This document shows, piece after piece, positions 9,750 to 19,848 of a DNA stretch of 64,000 bases. The stretch's first letter is position 1. Each line of letters begins with the position of its first letter. The notes beneath the pieces are model-generated. The model saw only the letters and a list, made by a program, of their open reading frames with translations. It was not told the origin of the DNA and did not search any database. Location: the IMG/VR virus record IMGVR_UViG_3300034415_000120. One strand, given 5' to 3'. This DNA is from a virus. A program made the position numbers and the translations under genes.

Positions 9750-9793
9750 ACAATATATAGTTGCTTAAAATGTTAATATATACAATATATTGT
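9750..9793. promoter_or_regulatory. Pair of AT palindromic boxes ACAATATATAGT / ACAATATATTGT, 32 bp apart
   Basis: Read directly; upstream of the gene at 9845. Confidence 0.45.
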
Positions 9794-9844
9794 GTTAAAT
9801 ATTACATGAAATTGGCATTTCATAGACAAAATTGGAGGTAAAAT

Positions 9845-10405
9845 ATGTTAATTAGAAGTCAAAATGGAACAAAATTAATAGATATGTCTAGTAAAACAAT
9901 ATCAGTCGATAAATCAGGTTCAACTTTACCATATAAAAATGGATATGATGTTAAAATTTTATATGCAAATAGTTCTGTTTGGCTAGGAGAATATGATAGC
10001 AAAGAAAAAGCATTTAAAGTATTGGATATGATTGGCGAAGCACATCATTATTTTGAATCAGGATTTGAGATGGAAGTTTTTCAGATGCCACAAAATGATG
10101 ACGTTAATGTATCTGGAGTGAAATGTAAAGAAAATCCCACATTAACCGCAAATGAAAAATTATTTCTTGATTTGATTAAAGAAGAATATACATATATTGC
10201 AAGAGACAAAGATGGTCTATTGGCGGTTTATCCTAGAAAGCCTGAGAAAAAATTGACATATTGGTTACTTGCAGATAGCCCAAATACTGCAAGAGATTTA
10301 TATACTAGAGCATTAGATGTTGGTTTTGACTTCATTAAATGGGAAGACGAAGAACCTTGGTTAATTGAAAATTTGAAGAAGTTGGAGTTGAAAGATGAAA
10401 AATAG
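9845..10405 (+). CDS. hypothetical protein, paralog A (conserved C-terminal module ..FLD..EY.YI..DK...L.V......FDFIKWEDEEPWLIENLKKLELKDE)
   Basis: Shares about 80 aa of C-terminal similarity, and nucleotide similarity 10330-10400 vs 10745-10815, with the next gene. Confidence 0.5.
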   Translation: MLIRSQNGTKLIDMSSKTISVDKSGSTLPYKNGYDVKILYANSSVWLGEYDSKEKAFKVLDMIGEAHHYFESGFEMEVFQMPQNDDVNVSGVKCKENPTLTANEKLFLDLIKEEYTYIARDKDGLLAVYPRKPEKKLTYWLLADSPNTARDLYTRALDVGFDFIKWEDEEPWLIENLKKLELKDEK

Positions 10406-10820
10406 AGAAAAGTTTGCAAAAGAGATTTTAGATATTGCGTGTGGGGGTGGAGCATTTGCAGTTACAAAGTCAAGTAAAATTACCTCTTGCAATCAGATTA
10501 GCTGTGAGAAATGTATATTTCGTTCTGAAAAAACTTGCAGAATTAAGCGATATGAATGGTCACAATCAGAATATGTAGAGAAGCATACCATCACATTAAG
10601 AGAAAAGAAGTTTCTGGATATACTTTCACCAGAGTACAAATATATTACAAAAGATAAGAACAATGAACTTTATGTACACGATAAAAATTGGGTTTCAAAT
10701 GATAGAGATCATAATATATCAACAAATATTTTTGGTAATATGTTTGATTTTATTAAATGGGAAGATGAAGATCCTTGGTTAATTGAGGATTTGAAAAAAC
10801 TGGAGTTGAAAGATGAATGA
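10395..10820 (+). CDS. hypothetical protein, paralog B (Cys-rich N-terminus + the same C-terminal module)
   Basis: C-terminus FDFIKWEDEDPWLIEDLKKLELKDE; N-terminus CGGGAF...CNQISCEKC. Confidence 0.5.
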   Translation: MKNREKFAKEILDIACGGGAFAVTKSSKITSCNQISCEKCIFRSEKTCRIKRYEWSQSEYVEKHTITLREKKFLDILSPEYKYITKDKNNELYVHDKNWVSNDRDHNISTNIFGNMFDFIKWEDEDPWLIEDLKKLELKDE

Positions 10821-11142
10821 TTTAGATGATTATGAAGAAGATCCATATGACTACTGTTATGAATGTGGTGGATATGGTGATGATTATTATACGGACGAAG
10901 ATGGAGAATTAGTCTGTAGATGTCTTGAATGTCCTATGAATCCTAATTCGTGGGATGATTAATACATATCAAGTAAATTTCTATGGGTGATCACCCAAAT
11001 TATTTCCAAGAACAAAGAAATATTATTTTTTATCGGTCGGTTGCAAACGTCCGATTTACGTAGCATTGCAGAGTTTATAGAAAGGAATTTAGGTAAATTC
11101 TAGGATAAAGTAGTTGTGCAACTCCCTATAAAATAAGGGAAT

Positions 11143-12126
11143 TTGAGTCATTTAGTTGAAAATAATATTTTATCAGAGAATGGATTAAGAGTATTAAGTC
11201 TATTTGATGGTATATCATGCGGTAGAATTGCATTGGATAGAGCTGGGTTTGAAATAAATGATTATTATGCTTATGAGATTGAACAAAATGCAATCAAGAT
11301 AAGTAGATATAATTACCCATCAATTCATCAATGTGGTGATGTATTTGAGGAAGATTTTAGTAAATATGAAGGTATTGATTTGTTGATTGGAGGCAGTCCA
11401 TGCACCTTTTGGTCAAGTTCCAAGTGTTCAAAAACGGCAAAACATAAGAGGGAAGTTAAACCAGAGGGTGATGGATGGAATTTATTTATGGAATATGTAA
11501 GAGCATTACACGAATCTAAACCAAAATATTTTCTATATGAGAATAATTATAGGATTGATGATTCTATACAAGCTGCAATTACAGAAAATTTAGGTGTTGA
11601 ACCTGTTCTTCTCGATAGTCAGTTAATTTCGGCTCAAAGACGCAAGAGATTATATTGGACAAATATTCCAATAAAAGGAGAACCAGAAGATAAAGGAATT
11701 TTAGTAAAGGATGTGATTACAGATGATTATGAACTAATCAAACATTTTGATGATAGGATAAAAAATACATTAGTCAAATGTGAGAATTACATAAAGTATG
11801 ATTTGAGTGGTAAAGGACATTATTCTCAACAGGATAGGATGTATTTTCTTGATAATAAAGCACCAACTGTTCCGAGATGTAGAACTGAAACTAAATTTAA
11901 TGTTTGGTTAGGTGGTGAAACATATAAGAAAACTTGTCCTGTTGAGATAGAAAGACTTCAAACATTACCAGATGGATATACAGAATTTGGTATGAATGAA
12001 AATGGAAGTGTTGTAAAAATGCCTAAGACAAGAAGATTTGAAGCTATTGGAAATGGTTGGACTGTTGATATGATAGCTTGGATATTTAGTTTTATGAAGG
12101 AGAAATATAATGCAGATAACAGCTAA
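11143..12126 (+). CDS. DNA (cytosine-5)-methyltransferase
   Basis: Motif I LSLFDGISCG; PC motif GGSPCTFWSS; ENV-like YFLYENN; motif VIII QRRKRLYW. TTG start. Confidence 0.8.
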   Translation: MSHLVENNILSENGLRVLSLFDGISCGRIALDRAGFEINDYYAYEIEQNAIKISRYNYPSIHQCGDVFEEDFSKYEGIDLLIGGSPCTFWSSSKCSKTAKHKREVKPEGDGWNLFMEYVRALHESKPKYFLYENNYRIDDSIQAAITENLGVEPVLLDSQLISAQRRKRLYWTNIPIKGEPEDKGILVKDVITDDYELIKHFDDRIKNTLVKCENYIKYDLSGKGHYSQQDRMYFLDNKAPTVPRCRTETKFNVWLGGETYKKTCPVEIERLQTLPDGYTEFGMNENGSVVKMPKTRRFEAIGNGWTVDMIAWIFSFMKEKYNADNS

Positions 12127-12976
12127 AAGTTATTTTAGTGGAGCAGGAGGGATGGATTTAGGAATAGAGGAATCTGGAATTAACATAATTGAATCATATG
12201 AGATAGATAAAAAGTGTTGCGATACTCTGAGAAAGAATTTTAAACATCATGTAAATGAAGCGGATATTACACAGATTACCGTTCTTGATCAGAATGACGC
12301 AGATGTATATATTGGTACATTTCCATGCACACGGTATTCAACTATTGCTGATATTTCAGGCACAAGAACAGGAGATGATTTATTTTTACATTTCTTTAGA
12401 CATATTGCTTTGGCTCAACCAGAAATGTATGTAGTAGAAAATGTTCCTGGAATGCTTAAATTTAAAGTAGTTATGGAAGCATTAACAAAACTACCTGATT
12501 ATTATGTAAGAGTTGAATGTCCTGTTAATGCAAATATGTGGCTACCACAAGAAAGAAAACGATTGATTCTAATTGGAAGTAAAAAACCATTTACCAATTT
12601 TGATTATCCTGATTCTCAACCGTTAAGGCTTAAAGATATTATTGAAAAGGATGCTTCGATTGATATTCCACAATATGTATATAATCGCATCAATGGAAAG
12701 TATAGAGATAAACCAATTATTTCAGATCCAGACAATGATGATCTTGCTCCAACTTGTGTAGCACATTACGCAAAAGATAAAGGAACAAGATTGATTAAAG
12801 ACGGACAGAGAATTAGACCATATACAGTAAAAGAATATGCTAGATTACAAGGCTTTCCAGATTGGTTTGAGTTTTGTGGAACAGATAATGATGCTTATAG
12901 ACAAATTGGTAATGCTGTTGCTGTTCCAATGGGACGTTGGATTGGTAAACAGATTGTAAAATATTTTAATTCATAA
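12110..12976 (+). CDS. DNA (cytosine-5)-methyltransferase (second; overlaps the previous by 17 nt)
   Basis: Motif I YFSGAGGMDLG; PC motif GTFPCTRYS; ENV VVENVPGM; QERKRLILIG. Confidence 0.8.
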   Translation: MQITAKSYFSGAGGMDLGIEESGINIIESYEIDKKCCDTLRKNFKHHVNEADITQITVLDQNDADVYIGTFPCTRYSTIADISGTRTGDDLFLHFFRHIALAQPEMYVVENVPGMLKFKVVMEALTKLPDYYVRVECPVNANMWLPQERKRLILIGSKKPFTNFDYPDSQPLRLKDIIEKDASIDIPQYVYNRINGKYRDKPIISDPDNDDLAPTCVAHYAKDKGTRLIKDGQRIRPYTVKEYARLQGFPDWFEFCGTDNDAYRQIGNAVAVPMGRWIGKQIVKYFNS

Positions 12977-13500
12977 TAAGAAAAGGAGAAAACACTATGG
13001 GAATTACAAGCAAACAGACAGGAAAATTCAGAGGAATGATGAGAAAAATCGAGAATGAGCAGCTTAAAATTAAAGCCGATTCCGTAAAACGTAAGAAGAA
13101 AGAAGATAAGAAAAATGCCTGATATTACAATGTGCCGTAGTAGTGACTGCCCTAAACGCAGTCATTGCTACAGGGTACAAGCCAAACCAGATAAATTGCA
13201 GAGTTATTCAGACTTCTCTGCTGAATGTTTTCAATACAATTTCTTGCGATTTTGGAGTATGAGTGAGGAAGTTGATAAGATGAAGGGTTGATTTCAAATG
13301 AGATGGTTAATCAATTATATACGAAGTTGTTTTTGTAAACATGGCTTGGAATTAATTTTTGATACTCAAGTACATGGTGAAAAATTAGATGGAAGTCGTT
13401 ATGAATATCCATTATATCGTGTAAAAACATATCGTTGTAAAAAATGTGGAATGGAGAAGAAATATAAGAGTAACAGTTGAAAAGACTAATGAGGTGAATA

Positions 13501-13809
13501 ATGTCTAATTATATTTGTTTAACGTCATCAAAGTTATCAAGATACAAACAATATATGTATGTTGATTGTAAGAATTATCTTGCTGATGATTTATTCATAA
13601 AAAATAAAATCACGGTAAAATTTGAAGGTGATTTCACAAAGGATAATTCTGATTATATTTTTGTGTATTGTAAAGTAAAGAAAAAAGATCATGATAAATT
13701 CATTAAGACTCTTGGAGAATTGAAAAATAAGATGTTAATTATGGGACATTCTGATTACGAATCATTTTGTGAAAAACAGATTAATAAGATTTTGTGCAAA
13801 TTAAATTAG
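13501..13809 (+). CDS. hypothetical protein
   Basis: ORF with RBS GAGGTGAATAATG. Confidence 0.45.
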   Translation: MSNYICLTSSKLSRYKQYMYVDCKNYLADDLFIKNKITVKFEGDFTKDNSDYIFVYCKVKKKDHDKFIKTLGELKNKMLIMGHSDYESFCEKQINKILCKLN

Positions 13810-13862
13810 TAAAATTCGAGTTGAAAGAAATCTTTCATAGCATGGATAAATAGGAGGTAATT

Positions 13863-14405
13863 ATGGTATATGGAGTATTTGGTGGTTGTTATAGCGACTG
13901 GTATATAGTTGGTTATTTTGGTAATCGTGATGATGCAGAAAAATATTGTTGTATCTCCAATGCTGATTATTATGTAGAACCATTAAAAAATTTAACAAAT
14001 GAAAAAGATCTGTCGAAAGTAGAATTAAAGTATACTCATGAGGTTCTTTTTGATTATGATAAAAACAATAAATATACTATGAGAAAAGAACCAGATAGAT
14101 ATAGATATTATATAGATAATGAATTGCATTGCAATAGCATAACGAAAAGTAATAGACTGTGTAACTGGATAAAATTTGAAATTAATATTAGTCATAATGA
14201 TAGAAAACTTGCTGAAAAAATTGCACAAGATTATTTGGCAGAATTACGTTCTTACGGTGATGGTAAAATTTATGATGAAAATATTAAGTTGATGAATGAA
14301 AAATTTGTAAGACCTTTTAAAGAAAAAGAAAGATTAGAAAAAGAGAAACAGCTAAGAGAAAAAGAGTTAGCTGAATTACAAAGGTTAAAAGAAAAGTATG
14401 AGTAA
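13863..14405 (+). CDS. hypothetical protein with C-terminal coiled coil (KEKERLEKEKQLREKELAELQRLKEKYE)
   Basis: ORF with RBS TAGGAGGTAATTATG. Confidence 0.5.
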   Translation: MVYGVFGGCYSDWYIVGYFGNRDDAEKYCCISNADYYVEPLKNLTNEKDLSKVELKYTHEVLFDYDKNNKYTMRKEPDRYRYYIDNELHCNSITKSNRLCNWIKFEINISHNDRKLAEKIAQDYLAELRSYGDGKIYDENIKLMNEKFVRPFKEKERLEKEKQLREKELAELQRLKEKYE

Positions 14406-14476
14406 AGAACTAAAATGGTGTAAGCAATTCATTAAATGTAGCAGGTTATCAATGTATCATAAGAAAAGGAGAAACA

Positions 14477-14812
14477 ATGATAAACGTGGTTGAAATGAGA
14501 TTAGTTAAAATTGTAGATATGAAACTCAAAAAATCAGATAAGCAATTCTTGTTGGATGTTAAATTAGATACTGGGGATTCATATGTTTATGTTAGAGATA
14601 TTGAAATTGCCAATATGGACAATGTATTAAATAGTGTAAAGATTGAACAAGATAACTTAACTGGCGATTGTATGATTTCAAGATTGTGCAAAAATAATTT
14701 ATGGGTACTTAATAATACCATAGAACATGAACAAAAACCAAAAGAAATGACATTAGAAGATATTGAAAAAGCTCTTGGATATCCTGTGAAGATTGTTGAG
14801 GATAAGAAATGA
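14477..14812 (+). CDS. hypothetical protein
   Basis: ORF with RBS AAGGAGAAACAATG. Confidence 0.45.
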   Translation: MINVVEMRLVKIVDMKLKKSDKQFLLDVKLDTGDSYVYVRDIEIANMDNVLNSVKIEQDNLTGDCMISRLCKNNLWVLNNTIEHEQKPKEMTLEDIEKALGYPVKIVEDKK

Positions 14813-14981
14813 ATAAATTAACTATGTATATTATATGGATTTTATGTGCAGTAATTTCTATCGGGGGAATGTTAATTACGAAAAATTCTGATACGGTTTG
14901 GTTTATGGTAATTCCTTTTGCGGTAATGTTTGCAGAAGATTTATGGAGTTGAAAAATTTATTTCAAGGAGAGAAATAATAC

Positions 14982-15197
14982 ATGATTAAATATATTTGTG
15001 ACTTATGTGGTAAAGAATCAGAGTATTTAGACAAATATTATATTCCAATGATGCATTCGGATGGTAAATTCAAATCAGTACAATTACATTTATGTGATGA
15101 TTGCTGTAATAGAATTGATTTATTCGCACATGATATAGTATCTAAGGGCATGGAGAAAAGACTGGACAGGTTGGTAAATGTAAATGATGATGAATGA
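14982..15197 (+). CDS. small Zn-ribbon protein (CDLCGK...CDDCC)
   Basis: ORF with RBS AAGGAGAGAAATAATACATG. Confidence 0.45.
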   Translation: MIKYICDLCGKESEYLDKYYIPMMHSDGKFKSVQLHLCDDCCNRIDLFAHDIVSKGMEKRLDRLVNVNDDE

Positions 15198-15558
15198 ATG
15201 GAGAAATCGGATATACCTACATCCACCAGATAAAATGAATGATTTATATTATAAAGTTTGTTGCTATTGGAACGCAAAGACTGAAATATATGATTCTATT
15301 TTAGCTGACAGTTATAGTTATCTATATGACACAATGTATATTTCAAATCCTAAACTTCGTGGCTATTCTGCCGAATATTCCCGTCAAATATTTTTGTTTT
15401 GTCAACACGTACTTATTTGTGAATGTGATAAACCGTTTGATGAAAACTTATGGAAGTATATAAATAACAATAGATATACTGCTCGTCAGTGGATGAAAGA
15501 ATATGGAAGATTAAAGTCTAATGGAGAATTAGATTTTATAGAACGATATAAACAATAA
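15184..15558 (+). CDS. hypothetical protein
   Basis: ORF overlapping the previous stop. Confidence 0.4.
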   Translation: MMMNEWRNRIYLHPPDKMNDLYYKVCCYWNAKTEIYDSILADSYSYLYDTMYISNPKLRGYSAEYSRQIFLFCQHVLICECDKPFDENLWKYINNNRYTARQWMKEYGRLKSNGELDFIERYKQ

Positions 15559-15580
15559 TAAATAAATAAAAGGAGATTTA

Positions 15581-16945
15581 ATGAATTACGAAGATTTTCT
15601 AAAACAAAAGGATTATATTCTGGAAAGTAGCGGATTTAATATTGATAAAGATAAATTAAATCCCATGCTATTTGACTTTCAGAAAGATGTAGTAAGATGG
15701 GCGTTAGCAAAAGGTAAAGCTTGTATTTTTGCAGAGTGTGGGCTTGGCAAAACGCCAATGCAATTATCATGGGCGCATCAAGTACATCTACATACGGGCG
15801 GTAAAGTTTTGATTCTTGCACCTCTATCGGTTGCGGATCAGACAAAGAGAGAAGCTGAAAAATTCCATTACAATGCAAAAGTATGTGAGAAACAGGAAGA
15901 TTGTATTGATGGAATTAATATTACAAACTATGAGAAACTAGATAAATTCGTAGCAAATGAATTTGTTGGAGTAGTCTTAGACGAGAGTTCAATTCTTAAA
16001 TCCTACACTGGTAAAGTGAGGACTTCTATTATCGAGAATTTCCAAAATGTTCCCTATAAATTAGCTTGTACTGCGACACCTGCTCCAAATGATTATATGG
16101 AGTTGGGAAATCATTCTGAATTTTGTGGAGTTATGACACGTTCAGAAATGTTATCAATGTTCTTTGTTCATGATGGTGGTCAAACATCTAAGTGGAGATT
16201 AAAAGGTCATGCAAAAGATGTATTTTGGCAATGGATGGCAAGTTGGTCTGTATTTATTGATAATCCATCAAATTTAGGATATGACGGTACAGATTATGAA
16301 TTACCTAATTTGAATATTTATGAAATTATAGTTGATGGAGATGAACCAATCACTGAATCACTTACATTAACAGAGCGTAGAAATGCAAGAAAAGATACTC
16401 TTGAATTAAGATGTCAAAAAGCAGCAGATTTAGTAAATAATTCAGATGAACAATGGTTAGCCTGGTGTGATCTTAATGCAGAAGGTGATAGATTAAATGA
16501 ACTGATTGAAGAAAGTAAAAACGTTCAAGGAAGTGATAAGAATAAATACAAGAGTGAAACAATGCTATCATTTTCTGATGAAAAATTAAAATGTCTTATC
16601 AGCAAGCCACAGCTCGCAGGCTACGGCATGAATTGGCAGAATTGCCACAATGTTATTTTTACTGGACTTTCTGATAGTTTTGAGCAGTATTATCAGGCTG
16701 TAAGAAGATGTTGGCGTTTTGGTCAGACTCAAGAAGTTAATGTATACATAATCATTTCAGCAAAAGAAGGTTGCGTAAAAGAGAATATTGAAAGAAAACA
16801 GTTAGATTTTATCACTATGAGGGATGCAATGATTAATCTAACTAAAGAAATTACTAAGAAAGAGCTTAAATCAACGTGTAGGCTTACTACACCATATGAA
16901 GCAAATACAACAATGAAATTACCAAACTGGGAGGAATTCAAATAA
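15581..16945 (+). CDS. SNF2/DEAD-like family helicase (compact, 454 aa)
   Basis: Motif I AECGLGKT; motif II VVLDESSILK; motif III CTATPAPN; motif VI QAVRRCWRFGQ. Confidence 0.75.
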   Translation: MNYEDFLKQKDYILESSGFNIDKDKLNPMLFDFQKDVVRWALAKGKACIFAECGLGKTPMQLSWAHQVHLHTGGKVLILAPLSVADQTKREAEKFHYNAKVCEKQEDCIDGINITNYEKLDKFVANEFVGVVLDESSILKSYTGKVRTSIIENFQNVPYKLACTATPAPNDYMELGNHSEFCGVMTRSEMLSMFFVHDGGQTSKWRLKGHAKDVFWQWMASWSVFIDNPSNLGYDGTDYELPNLNIYEIIVDGDEPITESLTLTERRNARKDTLELRCQKAADLVNNSDEQWLAWCDLNAEGDRLNELIEESKNVQGSDKNKYKSETMLSFSDEKLKCLISKPQLAGYGMNWQNCHNVIFTGLSDSFEQYYQAVRRCWRFGQTQEVNVYIIISAKEGCVKENIERKQLDFITMRDAMINLTKEITKKELKSTCRLTTPYEANTTMKLPNWEEFK

Positions 16946-17853
16946 TGATGAACGTAATTGATCAAGCAGTAGCAAACAGATATGCACTTTATCATGGAGA
17001 TAGTGTAGAAATTACTAAGGAGATTCCAGATAATAGCATCCACTACACTATCTTTTCCCCACCATTTTCACAGTTATACGTGTACTCTAATTCAGATAGA
17101 GATATGGGTAATTGTAAAGGGGATGAAGAATTTTACAATCATTTCAAATATCTTGCAAAAGAATTATATAGAATTACAATGCCTGGACGACTTCTGAGTT
17201 TTCACTGTATGGATTTACCTCTTATGAAATCAAGAGATGGTGTAATTGGACTAAAAGATTTTCCTGCGCTCATGCTTAAAATCTTTCAGGATTGTGGATT
17301 CATCTACCATAGTAAAGTAACTATTTGGAAGAATCCTGTTACAGAAATGCAAAGAACAAAAGCACTTGGGCTTTTACATAAACAGATTAAGAAAGATAGT
17401 AGTATGAGTCGTCAAGGACTTCCAGATTATGTGATTACGGTTAGGAAGCCCGGTGATAATCCAGAACGAGTTGAACACACAAATGAATCATTTCCTGTTA
17501 ATGTATGGCAAAATTACGCTTCACCTGTATGGATGGACATTAGACAGAGTGATACATTACAGAGAAAATCAGCAAGATCTGAACAAGATGAGAAACATAT
17601 TTGTCCATTACAGCTTGAAGTAATTCAGAGATGTATTGAATTATGGACAAATCCAAACGATATTGTGTTTGATCCGTTTGGTGGAATTGGTTCTACTCCA
17701 TATGTTGCACTTAAATTAGGAAGAAGAGGAATTGCAAGTGAATTAAAAGATAGCTATTTTGAGCAGTTAAAGAAAAATGTAGAGTCTGTGGCTGCCGAAG
17801 AACCAGAAGTATTTCCAGTTGGAGAAAAGAGTATTGAGGATGTAGTCGCATAA
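16945..17853 (+). CDS. beta-class DNA N6-adenine/N4-cytosine methyltransferase
   Basis: Motif IV IFSPPF precedes motif I FDPFGGIGSTPYVALKLGRRGIASEL (PF01555-like order). Start overlaps the helicase stop (TAATGATG). Confidence 0.8.
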   Translation: MMNVIDQAVANRYALYHGDSVEITKEIPDNSIHYTIFSPPFSQLYVYSNSDRDMGNCKGDEEFYNHFKYLAKELYRITMPGRLLSFHCMDLPLMKSRDGVIGLKDFPALMLKIFQDCGFIYHSKVTIWKNPVTEMQRTKALGLLHKQIKKDSSMSRQGLPDYVITVRKPGDNPERVEHTNESFPVNVWQNYASPVWMDIRQSDTLQRKSARSEQDEKHICPLQLEVIQRCIELWTNPNDIVFDPFGGIGSTPYVALKLGRRGIASELKDSYFEQLKKNVESVAAEEPEVFPVGEKSIEDVVA

Positions 17854-17902
17854 GCGGCTATATTCCTTACATAAAATACGGGTTTCACAGGAGGAATAAT
17901 TT

Positions 17903-18475
17903 ATGAGTTATATTATCAAATCGCCAGATGAATTAAAAGATCCATTCTTATGTTATTGTATTTTTCAGAGGTTTATGGAAGAAGCGGGAGAAGATTACAT
18001 TGACTATAACGAGTTAATTGTCAAACCAATACCATTTATATTTTGGTTAAAAGGACGTAAGGAAATTACAAATGAACAGTTAGAAAAGCTTTTGAAAACA
18101 AAATATTTAGAAGAAGTGTTAGAGCAAGAATTATTTCCAAATACATATGGAGAAGCTGAGATTTCACAGAGTAAAGCTTATGTACTGTTAGCTGAATATA
18201 TGTGTCAAATTTCAGAATTTAGACAAAGAGTTTTTGATAGTGTGAATGATAAGGCAGACAGTTTTGAAGATAGTCAATTTTATAAAGATGAAAATGGAAT
18301 TAGTCTTGCTTGTATTATTGATGACGAAGATATGATTGAAACAAAACAGTATAATTTTGATGATTTTAAAAATATGACATTATATGAGTTTAATAAATTA
18401 TCTTATAAAGAACAATTTAATGCAGTAAAGAAATTATCAATTGAGGAAACCGATAGTATTGATAACATATATTAG
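17903..18475 (+). CDS. hypothetical protein (190 aa)
   Basis: ORF with RBS CAGGAGGAATAATTTATG. Confidence 0.5.
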   Translation: MSYIIKSPDELKDPFLCYCIFQRFMEEAGEDYIDYNELIVKPIPFIFWLKGRKEITNEQLEKLLKTKYLEEVLEQELFPNTYGEAEISQSKAYVLLAEYMCQISEFRQRVFDSVNDKADSFEDSQFYKDENGISLACIIDDEDMIETKQYNFDDFKNMTLYEFNKLSYKEQFNAVKKLSIEETDSIDNIY

Positions 18476-18503
18476 ATGAAACACAGGTTTCATGGATAGA
18501 ATA

Positions 18504-18551
18504 ATACTATATATTGTGTACTGATGTTTTAATATACACAATATATAGTAT
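18504..18551. promoter_or_regulatory. Perfect 17-bp inverted repeat ATACTATATATTGTGTA ...14 nt... TACACAATATATAGTAT, containing two 12-bp AT palindromic boxes 32 bp apart
   Basis: Read directly. Related box pairs occur at 9750-9793 and 51993-52035. Confidence 0.5.
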
Positions 18552-18577
18552 AAAATAGAAAGGAGAACACAATATAA

Positions 18578-18727
18578 ATGTGTATTAAATGTACATTTAT
18601 AAAGTGGGAGCATTCTGATTATAACTTTTGCCCTTATTGCGGAGAAAGAATTAAAAGCACATTTGTTCCAAACGTTAAAGATATAACTTCAATCACAAAT
18701 AATCTACATACAATTGAGAAAAGAAGG
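18578..18727 (+). CDS. small Zn-ribbon protein (MCIKCT...CPYCGERI), 49 aa, below the ORF-track cutoff
   Basis: ATG preceded by AAAGGAGAACACAAT; CxxC...CxxC. Confidence 0.4.
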
Positions 18728-18736
18728 TGAATTTGT

Positions 18737-19057
18737 GTGGTATTAAAAGAAAGAGATAGTATAAGTAGTTCAAAAGAATATTATTGCGATTTAACAGAAG
18801 AATTAGATCAATTAGCAGGATTTAATACCACGGAATATCATCGTTATAAACATTATCTAATGTACTTTGAAAATAATTATAATAGATGTGTATATGCTAT
18901 TCGAGTTCCAGGTAGAACAGTTGGAGGTGTGTGGATATATAAAAATAATAGAATATATAAAATTGTTACTGATAATATTTATGTCAAATTTTATCCAGAT
19001 GATTTGGATGATAAGTTGGAGAAGTATATTGGTAAGAAGATTGAATTTGAGAGGTGA
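18737..19057 (+). CDS. hypothetical protein
   Basis: ORF (GTG start). Confidence 0.4.
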   Translation: MVLKERDSISSSKEYYCDLTEELDQLAGFNTTEYHRYKHYLMYFENNYNRCVYAIRVPGRTVGGVWIYKNNRIYKIVTDNIYVKFYPDDLDDKLEKYIGKKIEFER

Positions 19058-19614
19058 GTCAGATGGTTAATTTAATGAACACATGTGTTTTGGTCAAAAC
19101 ACGAAAAGAATATGAAGATATTTTAAATGAAGCTGAAAAGCAGGGATTTCACTGGTATAAAAAAGATGATGGTAAACCATTTGAACAATCCACATTTCCA
19201 GATATTTTAAAATTCTCATCAGATAATATTATTTGTAGAAGAAGTGGAATTTCTTTGGGTTATACTTTCTATGAAGCATCAGAACTCCTCGGCACAAAAG
19301 AAATGACAGCGAGAGAGTTTGCTGAGTGGATTGCAGATATAGGCAAGTGCGGTGAACGTAAATGTGCAGAATGTGTATTGAATAAAATGAATACTGAGTG
19401 TAGCTTTAGTTTATGTATTCCACGCAACTGGAAAGGCAATATTGATGAACTTCTTGAAATTGCGTTATTGAACAGAACTACAGTTTTATCACCAGAAGAG
19501 GAAGCAATTGATACGATTGAAAAATTTATTGAGAATCCAGATCACACAACATTAGACGATGAATTTGTAAATGCGTTGAAGTTTGCGGTGGAGAAGTTAA
19601 AAGAGGTGAAGTAG
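19054..19614 (+). CDS. hypothetical protein (Cys cluster CGERKCAECVLNKMNTEC)
   Basis: ORF with translational coupling. Confidence 0.45.
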   Translation: MSQMVNLMNTCVLVKTRKEYEDILNEAEKQGFHWYKKDDGKPFEQSTFPDILKFSSDNIICRRSGISLGYTFYEASELLGTKEMTAREFAEWIADIGKCGERKCAECVLNKMNTECSFSLCIPRNWKGNIDELLEIALLNRTTVLSPEEEAIDTIEKFIENPDHTTLDDEFVNALKFAVEKLKEVK

Positions 19615-19836
19615 ATGATAAAAATTAGCAAAATTGCCTTTGAAGCATTAAAAGATACGGACGGAAATGCTTCAATAAAACCAGTGGAATGGTGGAGAAA
19701 AAATAAGCTGGCATGTATTTGGTGCATATTGTGTCTACTGGCAGAGATTCCAATAGTAATATTAAGATTTGTGTTTATGGTAATTTGTTTTATTCCACAT
19801 AAAATTTATGAGTATTTAGAAGACATGTCTTTTTAA
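19615..19836 (+). CDS. small membrane protein
   Basis: TM stretch LACIWCILCLLAEIPIVILRFVFMVICFI. Confidence 0.4.
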   Translation: MIKISKIAFEALKDTDGNASIKPVEWWRKNKLACIWCILCLLAEIPIVILRFVFMVICFIPHKIYEYLEDMSF

Positions 19837-19848
19837 GAGGTGAAGTAG

